Source: Candidatus Spongiisociaceae bacterium (GTDB taxonomy: Bacteria > Actinomycetota > Acidimicrobiia > Spongiisociales > Spongiisociaceae). Taken from it: DNA of 64,000 bases. The notes beneath the pieces were generated by a model. The model did not search any database. It worked only from the letters and a program-made list of their open reading frames with translations, and was not told where the DNA came from. Position numbers and translations under genes: made by a program. This document shows positions 49,312 to 59,519 of the stretch, piece after piece. The stretch lies in contig OZ241841.1 in NCBI GenBank assembly GCA_965202665.1, positions 1-64,000 on the forward strand, read 5' to 3'. Each line of letters begins with the position of its first letter. Position 1 is the stretch's first letter.

Positions 49312-50706
49312 TTACGACCAGACCAGGGGGCGTTCTTGGAGCAACTCGGCCGGGCCGTCGCGCAGGCCGTTGCCGTTCCGGTCCCAAAAAACGCGGATGG
49401 TGTCGGTAACGGTGCGGGTATGGTGCTTGGGTTTGACGGGCCCCGTGTATTGGAAAGAAGCGGTTTGGGAGCCTGAAACGGTGGCTTCCCGGGTGTGCAC
49501 CGCCAGATCATCCCGGATAACCTGTATGACGATCCGTTGCCGGGACAGGGTGGAATCTCTCAGCAAAGCGGTGATGGTCACTTTTGCCTCGTATTTGGCC
49601 CCGGCGGGCGATGTGACTTGCAGTTCGGTGGGGGCCGAACGCCACACCACCGGGGCGGAAGTTTCGTTTCCCACCAAATCGGCGTCGAACACTTGCCCCT
49701 CCGCCCCCGCCCAGGCGTAGACGATGTTGACGGCGGCGACGGGGGAATGGGACAGGCCTACCACCACTTTGCCCATGGAATCGGTGCGGGGGTCGGCGCG
49801 GTCGATGCGGCAGTCCGCGGAAGTGCCGGCGTCCACCCCGTTGATGCGGGCCCCCGCGTCCAGCCAGCACAGCCCGTTGGAATAAAGGCGCCCTACCGCG
49901 AAAACGTCTATCAGCAATCCGGGGTAGGGGTCGCCGTTGGGTTTTAGGGCGGTGATTTCCGCGGTGGTGGAACCCGCCGTGGACAGGCGGTCCGGTTCGA
50001 CGACGATGCTCAACCGCACCGGTTGCGCCTCCCCCGTCTCCAGCGAACGCGCCAGTTGCAGGGCCATGTCCGACCGGGTCACCGCCGCGTCGGGCCGGAA
50101 CAATGCGGGGGAGGCCCCGGGCATTATTTCGGCGGCGGCCAGCTGCCCGGCGGCCCGGGTCAGTTCCGCCTCCGAATCGGGCAAATCCTCGAATGTCCGT
50201 ATGACTTCGGGGAGGCCGATCCCGGCTTGCAGCAACAGGCGGTGGATGAACCGCGCCATCTGGCCGCGGGGCACCTCGCGGCCCGGGTCGAAAGTTCCGT
50301 CGGAGGCCCCCCGGGTGACGCCCAGCTGGAGCAGGCGGGCGATGTCGAGTCGGGTTTCTTCGTCGAGGTGGGCGATGTCGGTGAACGGGGAGGTTGGGTT
50401 GTCGGGCAAGTCCAGGCCGAGGGCGCGGGCGGTGCGGATGAGGAAGCGGGCCATTTGGGAGCGGGTGACCCGGCCGTCGGGATCGTAGACGGCGGCGGAA
50501 ACCCCTCGCGTCACCCCGTAGTGGAGGATGCAGGCGATGGCCCGTTGCCTCTCCTCGCTGAGTTGGCCGATGTCGGCGAAGGCGGAGGCCGTCGGGGATT
50601 GGGGGCAAGTCGGGAAACCCCCCTCGGCGCCGTCTTCTTGCGCTCCGGCCGCTCCGGTTGCGGCCAGCGCCGCAAGAACCAACGCGCACACTGCGATTCG
50701 GCGCAT
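49312..50706 (-). CDS. Secreted S-layer homology (SLH) domain protein
   Basis: Signal peptide; three SLH repeats (YDPDGRVTRSQMA, FDPGREVPRGQMA, FRPDAAVTRSDMA). Confidence 0.85.
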   Translation of the reverse strand: MRRIAVCALVLAALAATGAAGAQEDGAEGGFPTCPQSPTASAFADIGQLSEERQRAIACILHYGVTRGVSAAVYDPDGRVTRSQMARFLIRTARALGLDLPDNPTSPFTDIAHLDEETRLDIARLLQLGVTRGASDGTFDPGREVPRGQMARFIHRLLLQAGIGLPEVIRTFEDLPDSEAELTRAAGQLAAAEIMPGASPALFRPDAAVTRSDMALQLARSLETGEAQPVRLSIVVEPDRLSTAGSTTAEITALKPNGDPYPGLLIDVFAVGRLYSNGLCWLDAGARINGVDAGTSADCRIDRADPRTDSMGKVVVGLSHSPVAAVNIVYAWAGAEGQVFDADLVGNETSAPVVWRSAPTELQVTSPAGAKYEAKVTITALLRDSTLSRQRIVIQVIRDDLAVHTREATVSGSQTASFQYTGPVKPKHHTRTVTDTIRVFWDRNGNGLRDGPAELLQERPLVWS

Positions 50707-50745
50707 ATCGTATTTTACCACGCCCCGTCGCCTTCCGTTTACGTA

Positions 50746-51270
50746 TTATGTTTCCAGGAGAAACCTCCATGGGCGGTCGGTTGCCTTGGTGATGCCGATG
50801 CGGGGGGTGGCCCGGATGCGGGACGGGTGGGGCGGGGGGCCGGGTTCCAGGCGCAACGGGCCGGTAAAAGCGGAGGAGCCGTCCTGCGCGCCGGTTACGC
50901 CCAGGGCCTGGGTTAGTTTGCCGGGGCCGTCCGCCAAATGATCGCTCCGCCCCCGCCGCCGCGCCGCGACCTCTTCCCCCTCCGCCGCTTGGCCGCCTCT
51001 CAGCAGCACCGCCTGCCCTTCCCCGGCCGGGCCGGTCACCAGGTTCAGGCACCAGTGGACGCCATAGGAGCGGTATACGTACCAGAACCCGGACGGGCCG
51101 AACATGGACCCGTTGCGGGCGGTCGGCCCCCGGAAGGCGTGGGAGGCCGGGTCGTCGGAGCCGCCGTAGGCTTCCGTTTCGTTGATTGTCAGCGAGACGC
51201 GGGGCCCCAGTTCGCTGACCAGCCGGCTCCCTAAAAGAGCCTTGGCGGCTTGGGCCGGGCCGGATGACAA
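50746..51270 (-). CDS. mpg: DNA-3-methyladenine glycosylase (AAG/Mpg)
   Basis: ETEAYGG.DDPASH, YVYRSYGVHWCLN, GPGKL, RIGI..A...PWRF. Start approximate. Confidence 0.9.
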   Translation of the reverse strand: MSSGPAQAAKALLGSRLVSELGPRVSLTINETEAYGGSDDPASHAFRGPTARNGSMFGPSGFWYVYRSYGVHWCLNLVTGPAGEGQAVLLRGGQAAEGEEVAARRRGRSDHLADGPGKLTQALGVTGAQDGSSAFTGPLRLEPGPPPHPSRIRATPRIGITKATDRPWRFLLET

Positions 51271-51311
51271 ATCAATCCACCCTCCCCCGGTCGGCGCCCG
51301 GTCGGCGCCGG

Positions 51312-52205
51312 TCAACCGGCCAACTCCGTCAGCACCGACTTCATGGCATGCAGGCGGTTTTCGGCCTGGTCGAAGACGCGGGAGCGGGGATGGTCCATCA
51401 CCCCGTCGGTAACCTCTTCGCCCCGGTGGGCGGGGAGGCAGTGCATGAAAATGGCGTCCGGGCGGGCGCGGGCGAACAAGGCTTCGTCCACCCGGTAGGG
51501 GGCGAACAGTTCCCGCCGTTCCGCCGCCTCCGACTCCTGTCCCATCGACGCCCAGACGTCGGTGTACACCGCGTCCGCCCCCTCCACCGCCGCTAAATCG
51601 TGGGTGATTACGGCCCGTCCCCCGCACAGTTCGATGTAGGAATCTTCGGGGGCGAACCCGGGCGGGCCCACCACCCGCACCTCGGCCCCCAGCAGGGCGG
51701 CCCCGGCCATGAGGCTGTGGCACACGTTGTTGCCGTCCCCCACGAAGGCCACCACCGCCCCCGCCGGCTCCCGGTGTTCGGCCAAAGTCTGCAGGTCGGC
51801 CACCGCTTGGCAGGGGTGCTCCAACTCCGACAACAGGTTGACGACCGGAACGGAGGCCGCCCGAGCCGTCTCCGCCAAGGTCTGATGGCGGAACACGCGC
51901 AAGGCCAGAACATCCAGATAACGTTCCAGCACCCGGGACAGGTCCTCCGCCGACTCCCGGCTTCCCAGCCCCACCTCCGACTGCCCCAGCGCCACCGGAT
52001 GGGCCCCCAGTTCCACCGCCGCTATCTCCGCCGACACCCGGGTGCGGGCGGACGGCTTCTCGAAGAAAAGCCCGATTTTCTTCCCCGCCAAGGCCCCCCG
52101 GCCCCGGGCGCGGTCTTTTTTCATCCGGGCCGCCTCCTCCACCATCCGCTCCAACTGACGGGCCTCCAAATCGGCGATGCACAACAGGTTCGCGATTTCC
52201 CTCAT
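51312..52205 (-). CDS. argF: Ornithine carbamoyltransferase
   Basis: FEKPSARTR, HPCQ, DVWASMG, HCLP, QAENR. Confidence 0.92.
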   Translation of the reverse strand: MREIANLLCIADLEARQLERMVEEAARMKKDRARGRGALAGKKIGLFFEKPSARTRVSAEIAAVELGAHPVALGQSEVGLGSRESAEDLSRVLERYLDVLALRVFRHQTLAETARAASVPVVNLLSELEHPCQAVADLQTLAEHREPAGAVVAFVGDGNNVCHSLMAGAALLGAEVRVVGPPGFAPEDSYIELCGGRAVITHDLAAVEGADAVYTDVWASMGQESEAAERRELFAPYRVDEALFARARPDAIFMHCLPAHRGEEVTDGVMDHPRSRVFDQAENRLHAMKSVLTELAG

Positions 52206-54607
52206 TCCACCGACCCCCGCAGTTGTCCGTCCAGCCGCTCCGCCACCGCCCCGGCGATTTCTTTAAGGACGGGGGCCGCTTCCTCGTCGGTCAAAGTGCG
52301 ATCCATGCCCCGCAACGTGACCCGCACCGCCAGGCTGCGGCGGCCGTCCGGAATGGAGGAACCCCGAAACTCGTCGAACAAGTCCAGCGTTTCCAGGGTG
52401 GGCCCGGCGACGGTGCGCATCACCGACAGCAACCGGGCGGCCGGGACGTCCTCGGGGAGGATGAACGACATGTCGAAAACCAGGGGGGGGAACATGGACA
52501 CCGGGCGGAAAATCCAGTCGTCCGCCGGGGCTATCAGCGGTTCCAAATCCAACTCGGCGATCACCACCCGCCCCTCCAGCCCCGCCTCCCGGGCCAGGGA
52601 CGGGTGCAACTCCCCCATGAACCCGATCGTCTTCCCCTCGCAGAAAACGTTGGCGCCCCGCCCCGGGTGCAACTCCTCCAGCCGGGTTTGGGGCAGGCTC
52701 AGATTGCGGCCCCCCGTTTCCGACAACAGTTCGATCAGGCTGGCCCCGGAGAACACATCCACGTCCTCCCCGGCGATTATCACCCCCAGTTGCATCGGCT
52801 GGTGGGGGATGCGGGGATCGTCGGGGTCGTCCCTCCGCCAGAAAACCCGCCCGATTTCAAAAAAAGCCTCCCGGTCGGCGCCCCGGGCCGCGTTGCGGGC
52901 GGCGGCGTCCATCAAGCCGGGGATGAGGGTGGTGCGCAGGACGGACTCTTCCTCGCGGAGGGGGTTCTTCACCCTGATTCCGGTGCGGCGGGGGCTGTCT
53001 TCGGGAATGCGCAACGAATCCAGCAGCCCCGGCCCCAGGAAACTCAAAGTATGCACTTCGCTCAAACCGGCCCCCACCAGCACCTCCCGCAGGCGGCGGA
53101 GGGCCGACTGGGCCGGGGAAAGGGACCCGTCCGTCCCGTGCCGCACCCGGTCCGCGAAACGGTCGAAGCCGTAGAGGCGGGCGATTTCCTCCACCAGGTC
53201 GGCCGGGCGGGCGGCGTCCGGCCGGTGGGTGGGGACCGTCACCGCCGCCGCCTCCCCGGAGTCGGCGGGTTCGGTTTGGAAACCGAGCCGGTTCAGCAGG
53301 CCCAGGGATTCGGCGAAGCCCGGTTGCGGCCCCAGCAGGCGGGAGACGTCTCCGGCCCGCAGCCGCACCGTCCAGGGCCGGCGGGGGGAGGGATAGCGGT
53401 CCACCGCCTCCGCCCGCGGCGTTCCGCCTCCGAGGGAAACGATCAGTTCCACCGCCCGGGCGACGGCCAGCCCGGACAGGTTGGGGTCCACTCCCCGTTC
53501 AAAGCGGGCGGAGGCTTCACTGCGCAATCCCAGCCGATGGGAGGTGGACAATATGGAGGGGGGGTGCCAGTTGGCGGCCTCCACCAGAATTTCGCCGGTG
53601 TCGGCGCCCACCTCGGTGGACTCCCCGCCCATCACCCCCGCCAAGGCGATGGGCCCGGACGGGTCGGCCACCACGATGTCCGTTTCGTCCAATTCCCGTT
53701 GGGAGCCGTCCAAGGTGCGCAGGCCCTCCCCCGCCCCGGCCCGGCGGATGATAAGGCGGCGTCCTGCCACTTTGGCGGCGTCGAACATGTGAATGGGGTG
53801 GCCCAGCTCCCACATCACGTAGTTGGAAACGTCCACCACGTTGGAAATGGGGCGTTGCCCGATGGAAAGCAACCGCCGTTGCATCCACCAGGGTGAAGGC
53901 CCCACCCGCACTCCGTCTATCTCATGCCCGACGAAGCGGGGGCAGGCGACGGGGTCTTCGATGGCTATGTCGACGCCGGCCGGGGCGGGACCGCAGGCGG
54001 GTCGGGGGTCGACGTCCCGCAACGGTATTTCCCAGTAGGCGGCCAACTCCCGGGCCAACCCCCGGATGCTCATGCAGTCCCCCCGGTTGGGGGTGATGGA
54101 AACGTCCAGCACCGCGTCGCCTAAGCCAGCGGCCTCGGCGAAGTCCCGTCCCACGTCCGACGGGCCGGCCGCGCCCATCAGGTCCAGTACCATGATGCCC
54201 TCATGGTCGTCGCCCAGCCCCAGCTCGCGGGCGGAGGCGATCATCCCATGGGAGGCAGCCCCCCGAATTTCCCGCACCCCCACCTCCAGGGGCCGTTTGG
54301 AGCCGAGGCCCAGTCGGGAACCGGCCCGGGCATAGGCCACGATCGCCCCCGCCTCGAAGTTCCACGCCCCGCACACCACATCCAAAGTCTGGGATCCGTC
54401 ATTCACCCGGCAGAAGCGGAGGCGGTCGGCGTTGGGATGGGGGCCCGCCTCCTCCACCCGGGCCACCACCACCCCCTCAAAACCGGGGGAGATATGCTCC
54501 ACGTTCTCCACCTCGTGTCCCAGCGAGGCCAGGATTTCCTCCAGCTCCTGCGGGTCGGAAGTAGGCAGATCCAGAAAGTCGGCCAGCCAGCTGATGGGGA
54601 CTTTCAT
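52202..54607 (-). CDS. pheT: Phenylalanine--tRNA ligase beta subunit
   Basis: MKVPISWL start overlapping the pheS stop; TPNRGD, RFERGVD, FDX-ACB C-terminus. Confidence 0.96.
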   Translation of the reverse strand: MKVPISWLADFLDLPTSDPQELEEILASLGHEVENVEHISPGFEGVVVARVEEAGPHPNADRLRFCRVNDGSQTLDVVCGAWNFEAGAIVAYARAGSRLGLGSKRPLEVGVREIRGAASHGMIASARELGLGDDHEGIMVLDLMGAAGPSDVGRDFAEAAGLGDAVLDVSITPNRGDCMSIRGLARELAAYWEIPLRDVDPRPACGPAPAGVDIAIEDPVACPRFVGHEIDGVRVGPSPWWMQRRLLSIGQRPISNVVDVSNYVMWELGHPIHMFDAAKVAGRRLIIRRAGAGEGLRTLDGSQRELDETDIVVADPSGPIALAGVMGGESTEVGADTGEILVEAANWHPPSILSTSHRLGLRSEASARFERGVDPNLSGLAVARAVELIVSLGGGTPRAEAVDRYPSPRRPWTVRLRAGDVSRLLGPQPGFAESLGLLNRLGFQTEPADSGEAAAVTVPTHRPDAARPADLVEEIARLYGFDRFADRVRHGTDGSLSPAQSALRRLREVLVGAGLSEVHTLSFLGPGLLDSLRIPEDSPRRTGIRVKNPLREEESVLRTTLIPGLMDAAARNAARGADREAFFEIGRVFWRRDDPDDPRIPHQPMQLGVIIAGEDVDVFSGASLIELLSETGGRNLSLPQTRLEELHPGRGANVFCEGKTIGFMGELHPSLAREAGLEGRVVIAELDLEPLIAPADDWIFRPVSMFPPLVFDMSFILPEDVPAARLLSVMRTVAGPTLETLDLFDEFRGSSIPDGRRSLAVRVTLRGMDRTLTDEEAAPVLKEIAGAVAERLDGQLRGSVE

Positions 54608-55623
54608 CGGAACTGCCTCAGAATCCGCAAGTCGTTTTCGTAGAAGTGGCGGATGTCGTCTATGCCGTGTTTGACCATGGCCAGGCGCTCCACGCCCATG
54701 CCGAAGGCGAAGCCGGTCACCCGCTCCGGGTCGTATCCCACCGCTTCGAACACGTTGGGGTCCACCATTCCGCATCCCAGCATTTCCAGCCACTGGCCGC
54801 CCCATCGCACCAGCATTTCCGCCGATGGTTCGGTGAACGGGAAAAAATGGGGGACGAAGCGGGTTTCGGCCTCCGGGCCGAAAAACTCCCGGGCGAAGTG
54901 GGCCAGGGTCCCTTTCAGGTCGCCGAAGGTGATGTCCTCGTCCACCGCCAAGCCTTCTATCTGATGGAAAACCGGGGAATGGGTGGCGTCCCACGTGTCG
55001 GTGCGGAACACCCTCCCCGGAACCACCACGTAGGCCGGGGGGCGGCGGTTTTCCATGTACCGGATCTGCATGGGGGAGGTCTGGGTTCGCAACAGCAACT
55101 CGTCGGGCCCGGTTCGTTCCCGGTCGTCGTAGGACTCCACGTACATGGTGTCCGACTCGAAACGGGACGGATGGGTGGGGGGCGTGTTCAGGGCGTCGAA
55201 GTTGTACCAGGCCAGCTCCACTTCCGGGCCTTCCGCCACCTGATATCCCAAAGCCCGGAAAATGTCGCAGACTTCATCCATGGTGAGGGTCAGCAAGTGA
55301 TGGTTTCCCCGCCGGAAACGCCGGTAAGGGAGGGTGACGTCCACCCGGTCTTCCTCCAGCAGGCGGTCTTCGGCCTCCGCCTGCAGGGCCGCCCGCCGTT
55401 CATCCACCGCCTTGGCCAGCTTCTGCATGGTTTCCCCGATGACGCGGCCCACCGCTTTCCGCTGTTGCAGGTTCAGCTGGCCTATCCCCCGCCGGGCTTG
55501 CGCGATCTCCGAACGGCGGCCCAGCAACTCGGATTCCAGCTCTTCCAGATCCTCCAGGCTGGAGGTTTCGGTGATCCGCCCCGGGGCGGTTTCCGCCAGC
55601 TGTTTTATCCGGTCAAGGTCCAT
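54604..55623 (-). CDS. pheS: Phenylalanine--tRNA ligase alpha subunit
   Basis: LLRTQTS, FPFTEPS, GFAFGMGVER. Confidence 0.97.
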   Translation of the reverse strand: MDLDRIKQLAETAPGRITETSSLEDLEELESELLGRRSEIAQARRGIGQLNLQQRKAVGRVIGETMQKLAKAVDERRAALQAEAEDRLLEEDRVDVTLPYRRFRRGNHHLLTLTMDEVCDIFRALGYQVAEGPEVELAWYNFDALNTPPTHPSRFESDTMYVESYDDRERTGPDELLLRTQTSPMQIRYMENRRPPAYVVVPGRVFRTDTWDATHSPVFHQIEGLAVDEDITFGDLKGTLAHFAREFFGPEAETRFVPHFFPFTEPSAEMLVRWGGQWLEMLGCGMVDPNVFEAVGYDPERVTGFAFGMGVERLAMVKHGIDDIRHFYENDLRILRQFR

Positions 55624-55664
55624 GCCGCCGCCTGGTTATCGCCGAGCCCGCGGTTCCGCCGCAA

Positions 55665-56021
55665 CTAGGGACGTTGCGCGTCCGCCAGTTCCACAATTTG
55701 GCGGAAGGCGTCGGGATCGTTGACCGCCAAGTCGGCCAGCATTTTCCGATCCACCTCCAACTCGGCCGCTTTCAACCCGGCGATCAGCTGGGAGTAGGTC
55801 ATGCCGTTTTCCCGGGCGGCGGCGTTGATGCGGCTGATCCACAACCGGCGGAACTGGCCTTTGCGGGTGCGCCGGTCGCGGTAGGCGTACTGCATGGACT
55901 TCATCACCTGCTCGTTGGCGGCCCGGTGCCGACGGCTTTTGGCTCCGCCGTAGCCTTTGGCCTGGGCGAGGACCCGGCGGCGACGGCGCCGGGAGTTGGG
56001 GGAACGGGTTACGCGCGCCAT
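55665..56021 (-). CDS. rplT: 50S ribosomal protein L20
   Basis: [27 protein letters not shown]. Confidence 0.98.
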   Translation of the reverse strand: MARVTRSPNSRRRRRRVLAQAKGYGGAKSRRHRAANEQVMKSMQYAYRDRRTRKGQFRRLWISRINAAARENGMTYSQLIAGLKAAELEVDRKMLADLAVNDPDAFRQIVELADAQRP

Positions 56022-56035
56022 TTCACGCCTCCTCT

Positions 56036-56230
56036 TTACATTCCCAGCAGGCGCTTGGCCCGCTTCTCGTCGCCTTTGGCCAAACCGGTCTCGCCTTTCA
56101 GACGGCGGTAGGAGTCCTTCCCTTTGGCCATGCGAAGATGGCCGCGGTGCGACTGACGGCGGCGCAGTTTGCCGGTTCCGGTCACCTTGTAGCGCTTGGC
56201 GGCGCCTTTGTGCGTTTTCATCTTGGGCAT
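56036..56230 (-). CDS. rpmI: 50S ribosomal protein L35
   Basis: [21 protein letters not shown]. Confidence 0.98.
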   Translation of the reverse strand: MPKMKTHKGAAKRYKVTGTGKLRRRQSHRGHLRMAKGKDSYRRLKGETGLAKGDEKRAKRLLGM

Positions 56231-56289
56231 AGTTTGTTCCTTGTTAGACGGCGGATGGTTGAATGACGCAACGGTCCAGCGGCCGGAAT

Positions 56290-56838
56290 TCAGTCGCGGG
56301 CCGGGGCCGGTTCTCCGGCGCGGAGGCCCCCTTTGCGGATGGGGCCGAAGGTCATTGTCATATTGCGGCCTTCAATCTTGGGCTCCTGCTCGATTTTAGA
56401 TACTTCTTCCAAGTCGACGGTGAGCCGATCCAGTATGGCGTGTCCCAGCTGGGGGCGGCTGGCCTCCCGGCCCCGCAGCCAAACCCGGATCCGCACCCGG
56501 TCGCCGTTTTCCAAAAAGCGACGGGCCCGGTTGCGCTTCACCTCGTAATCGTGGTTGCCGATTTTCACCCGGAAGGAAAGTTCCTTGATGTTGCTGCGGG
56601 TGGTTCGTTTGCGGGCTTCCCGCTCTTTGACGGACTGCTCGTACTTGAACTTGCCGTAGTCCATCAACCGAGTGACCGGGGGCGTGGCGGAGGGGGCCAC
56701 CTCTACCAGGTCCAACCCCAGCTGGTCGGCCAGCCACAGCGCCTCCCGCAGGGTTTTGACCCCTACCTGCGCCCCGTCGGGCGCCACCACCCGCACCTGT
56801 TCGGCCTGGATATCCTTGTTGACGCGCAGATCTGCGAT
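56290..56838 (-). CDS. infC: Translation initiation factor IF-3, probable ATC start
   Basis: [15 protein letters not shown]; GAGGAGG lies 8 nt before ATC-GCA-GAT-CTG-CGC-GTC-AAC. Confidence 0.93.
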   Translation of the reverse strand: MADLRVNKDIQAEQVRVVAPDGAQVGVKTLREALWLADQLGLDLVEVAPSATPPVTRLMDYGKFKYEQSVKEREARKRTTRSNIKELSFRVKIGNHDYEVKRNRARRFLENGDRVRIRVWLRGREASRPQLGHAILDRLTVDLEEVSKIEQEPKIEGRNMTMTFGPIRKGGLRAGEPAPARD

Positions 56839-56899
56839 ACTGTCATCCTCCTCGTGTTCATAGGGCTTTCGGAAATCGCATCCGATTGTTCCGGGAAAC

Positions 56900-57020
56900 C
56901 AAGAGAACCCACCCCGACGGGGACCAGCCCGCCGGCGCACCGCAACCCACTGCCGGGCCGGGAACCGCGGCGCGCCCTGAACAGGCGGCCGGGTGGGAAG
57001 CCGCTGGGCTCCCTCTTAGT
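56900..57020 (-). promoter_or_regulatory. Structured leader of infC-rpmI-rplT (L20-leader-like)
   Basis: Closing stem AAGAGGGAGCCCA / TGGGTTCTCTT; TATAGT -10 at 57032-57037. Confidence 0.4.
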
Positions 57021-57208
57021 TTCGCCCGCCCACTATACACCTTCCCTGAACGCGGTGCAACCACCCTGGCCGAGGATTCGGTTTTGGACCGGAGCGAAAT
57101 CCGCGTCGCCCGCCACGGCGTCGTCAGGAAAGGCGGGCCCAGGTCAGGTCGCGGCCGATCAGCAACTCCGTCATCTCCGCCAAGTGGGTGTTGCGCATGC
57201 GGATCTTG

Positions 57209-57664
57209 TCAGAGGGAGCGGAGGGCGTTGGCTGCTACTAGGGCGGCGGCGGCGGCTTCTCGGCCCCGGTTGTCGGGGCCGGGGCGGCTGCGGGCGATGG
57301 CGGCGGCGGCGTTTCGTACGGTCAGCACCCCGTTGGCTACCGGGGTTCCCGTGTCCAAGGCCACTCGGGCCAAGCCGGCCGCGCTTTGGGCGGCCACATG
57401 GGTGTAATGGTCGGTCTCCCCCTCGATCACCGCCCCCAGGGCCACCACCGCGTCCATGGTCTTCGCCAAAGCGGCCGCTATCACCGGCATCTCCAGCGCC
57501 CCGGCTGCCTCCACCACCACCACTCTCTCCACCCCCGCCTCCTCCAAAAACTGCAGGGCTCCGTCCAGCAAAGGCTGCGTGTCGAACTTGGCGAAGCGGG
57601 ACACCACCACTCCCACTGACAGGCCGGAACCGTCCCGGTTGGCGGCGACTTCACGACGGATCAT
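57209..57664 (-). CDS. ribH: 6,7-dimethyl-8-ribityllumazine synthase
   Basis: GALEMP, LGAVIEGETDHY, PVANGVLT. Confidence 0.93.
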   Translation of the reverse strand: MIRREVAANRDGSGLSVGVVVSRFAKFDTQPLLDGALQFLEEAGVERVVVVEAAGALEMPVIAAALAKTMDAVVALGAVIEGETDHYTHVAAQSAAGLARVALDTGTPVANGVLTVRNAAAAIARSRPGPDNRGREAAAAALVAANALRSL

Positions 57665-58871
57665 CGTCTTCCAACTCCATCATGTGCCCCATTTTCTCCA
57701 CTTTGGTGCGCAGATATCTCCGGTTGTGGTCGTTTTCGCCGGTAACCAGCGGCACCCTTTCCACGATGCTCAACCCGTATCCTTCGATCCCGGCCCGTTT
57801 GGTGGGATTGTTGGTGAGCAAGCGCATGGTTGTCACGCCCAGGTCGGACAGTATCTGGGCCCCTACTCCGTAGTCGCGGGCGTCTTTGGGCAAACCCAGT
57901 TCTACGTTGGCCTCCACCGTGTCCCGACCCGCGTCCTGCAGGGCGTAGGCGGCTAGTTTGTGCATTAGGCCGATGCCCCGTCCCTCATGGCCCCGAATGT
58001 ACAGGATCACCCCCCGGCCTTCGTCGCCTATCCGATGCAGCGCTTCATCCAGCTGGGCCCCGCAGTCGCATCGCAGACTGGAAAAAACATCCCCCGTCAA
58101 GCATTCGGAATGAACCCGCACCAGCACCTCCCCGGCGCCGGCCACCGTGCCCCGCACCAAGGCCACGTGTTGGCGGCCGTCCACCAGCGACTCGTAGCCG
58201 ATGGCCCGGAAGTCCCCGTAGGGGGTGGGAATGACGGTTTCCGAACCGCGCCGCACCAGCCGCTCGTCCCGACGGCGGTAGGCCACCAAGTCGGCGATGG
58301 TGCACATCAACAGTCCCTGTTCTTTGGCGAAGGTCTCCAACTCCGCGCCCCGTTTCATGTCCCCGTCGTCGTTGACTATTTCGCACAGCACGGCCACCGG
58401 TTGCAAGTCCGCCATTCGGGCCAGGTCGATGGCCGCCTCGGTATGCCCCGCCCTCCGCAACACTCCCCCTTCCTTGTAGCGCAAGGGAAAAATGTGGCCG
58501 GGACGGTGAAAGTCCTCCGCCCGGCTGTCCGGGTCGGCCAGGGCGCGGATTGTTTTAGAGCGGTCGGCGGCTGAAATGCCGGTGGTGGTGCCCTGCGCCA
58601 GATCCACCGAGATGGTGAATCCGGTGCGGAAGCTGTCGGTGTTTTCGGTAACCATCAACGGGAGGCGCAACTCGTCCAGCCGTTTGGAGATCATCGGAAC
58701 GCATATCAAACCGCTGGTGTAACGGACCATGAACCCGATTTTTTCTTCGGTGGCCAGCTGGGCGGCCATCATCAGGTCGCCTTCGTTCTCCCGGTCGGCG
58801 TCGTCCACCACCACCACCATCTCCCCCCGCCGAAAAGCCTCCACCACTTCCGGAATGGGAGCGAAGCTCAC
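57651..58871 (-). CDS. ribBA: Bifunctional DHBP synthase / GTP cyclohydrolase II
   Basis: DRENEGD, RAGHTEA, RVHSECLTGD, CDCG, EGRGIGL. Confidence 0.97.
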   Translation of the reverse strand: MSFAPIPEVVEAFRRGEMVVVVDDADRENEGDLMMAAQLATEEKIGFMVRYTSGLICVPMISKRLDELRLPLMVTENTDSFRTGFTISVDLAQGTTTGISAADRSKTIRALADPDSRAEDFHRPGHIFPLRYKEGGVLRRAGHTEAAIDLARMADLQPVAVLCEIVNDDGDMKRGAELETFAKEQGLLMCTIADLVAYRRRDERLVRRGSETVIPTPYGDFRAIGYESLVDGRQHVALVRGTVAGAGEVLVRVHSECLTGDVFSSLRCDCGAQLDEALHRIGDEGRGVILYIRGHEGRGIGLMHKLAAYALQDAGRDTVEANVELGLPKDARDYGVGAQILSDLGVTTMRLLTNNPTKRAGIEGYGLSIVERVPLVTGENDHNRRYLRTKVEKMGHMMELEDDDPS

Positions 58872-59503
58872 GGCCCCGCCCCGCCCCGCCCCGCCCCGGC
58901 GCCGCTCCGCTCCAGATAGCGGGCTACGTATTTGGCCAAAATGTCAACCTCCACGTTTACGGAATCGTCGATTAGGCGGTCGCCGAGGACGGTGGTGCGC
59001 AAAGTATGGGGCACCAAGGCTACCTCCACCAGAACATTCTCCCCTTCGTCGGTTGCCGAGACCGCGGTGAGGCTCACCCCGTCCAAGGCTATGGAGCCTT
59101 TTTCCACCAGGTAGGGGGCGAGGAGGCCGGAGATGAGAACTTTCATCCGCCGTCCTTCCTCATCTTGTTTTATGGAAACCACCGGGGCGGTAGCGTCCAC
59201 ATGGCCTTGCACGATGTGCCCCTCCCAGCGGGAGTCGGCCCGCATGGGCCGTTCCAGATTCACGTATTGGCCGATGGCCAGCTCACCCAGGTTGGTGCGG
59301 GAGATGGTTTCGGGCACCACCTCGGCCGTAAACGACTCCGGGGAAACCTTTTCCGCCGTTAGGCAAACCCCGTTCACCGCGATGGAATCCCCCACCTGCA
59401 GGCCGGGCAGTGTTTTCACCGCCGCCACCTCCAAAACCAACCCCGGGTCCGACTCTCGGCGGGCGGCCACCCGGGCCCGCTCCTCTACGATGCCGGTGAA
59501 CAT
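58868..59503 (-). CDS. ribE: Riboflavin synthase
   Basis: MFTGIVE N-terminus, GVCLT, VNLER, GHVD. Confidence 0.96.
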   Translation of the reverse strand: MFTGIVEERARVAARRESDPGLVLEVAAVKTLPGLQVGDSIAVNGVCLTAEKVSPESFTAEVVPETISRTNLGELAIGQYVNLERPMRADSRWEGHIVQGHVDATAPVVSIKQDEEGRRMKVLISGLLAPYLVEKGSIALDGVSLTAVSATDEGENVLVEVALVPHTLRTTVLGDRLIDDSVNVEVDILAKYVARYLERSGAGAGRGGAGP

Positions 59504-59519
59504 TCTCGCCCTCGCTTCC

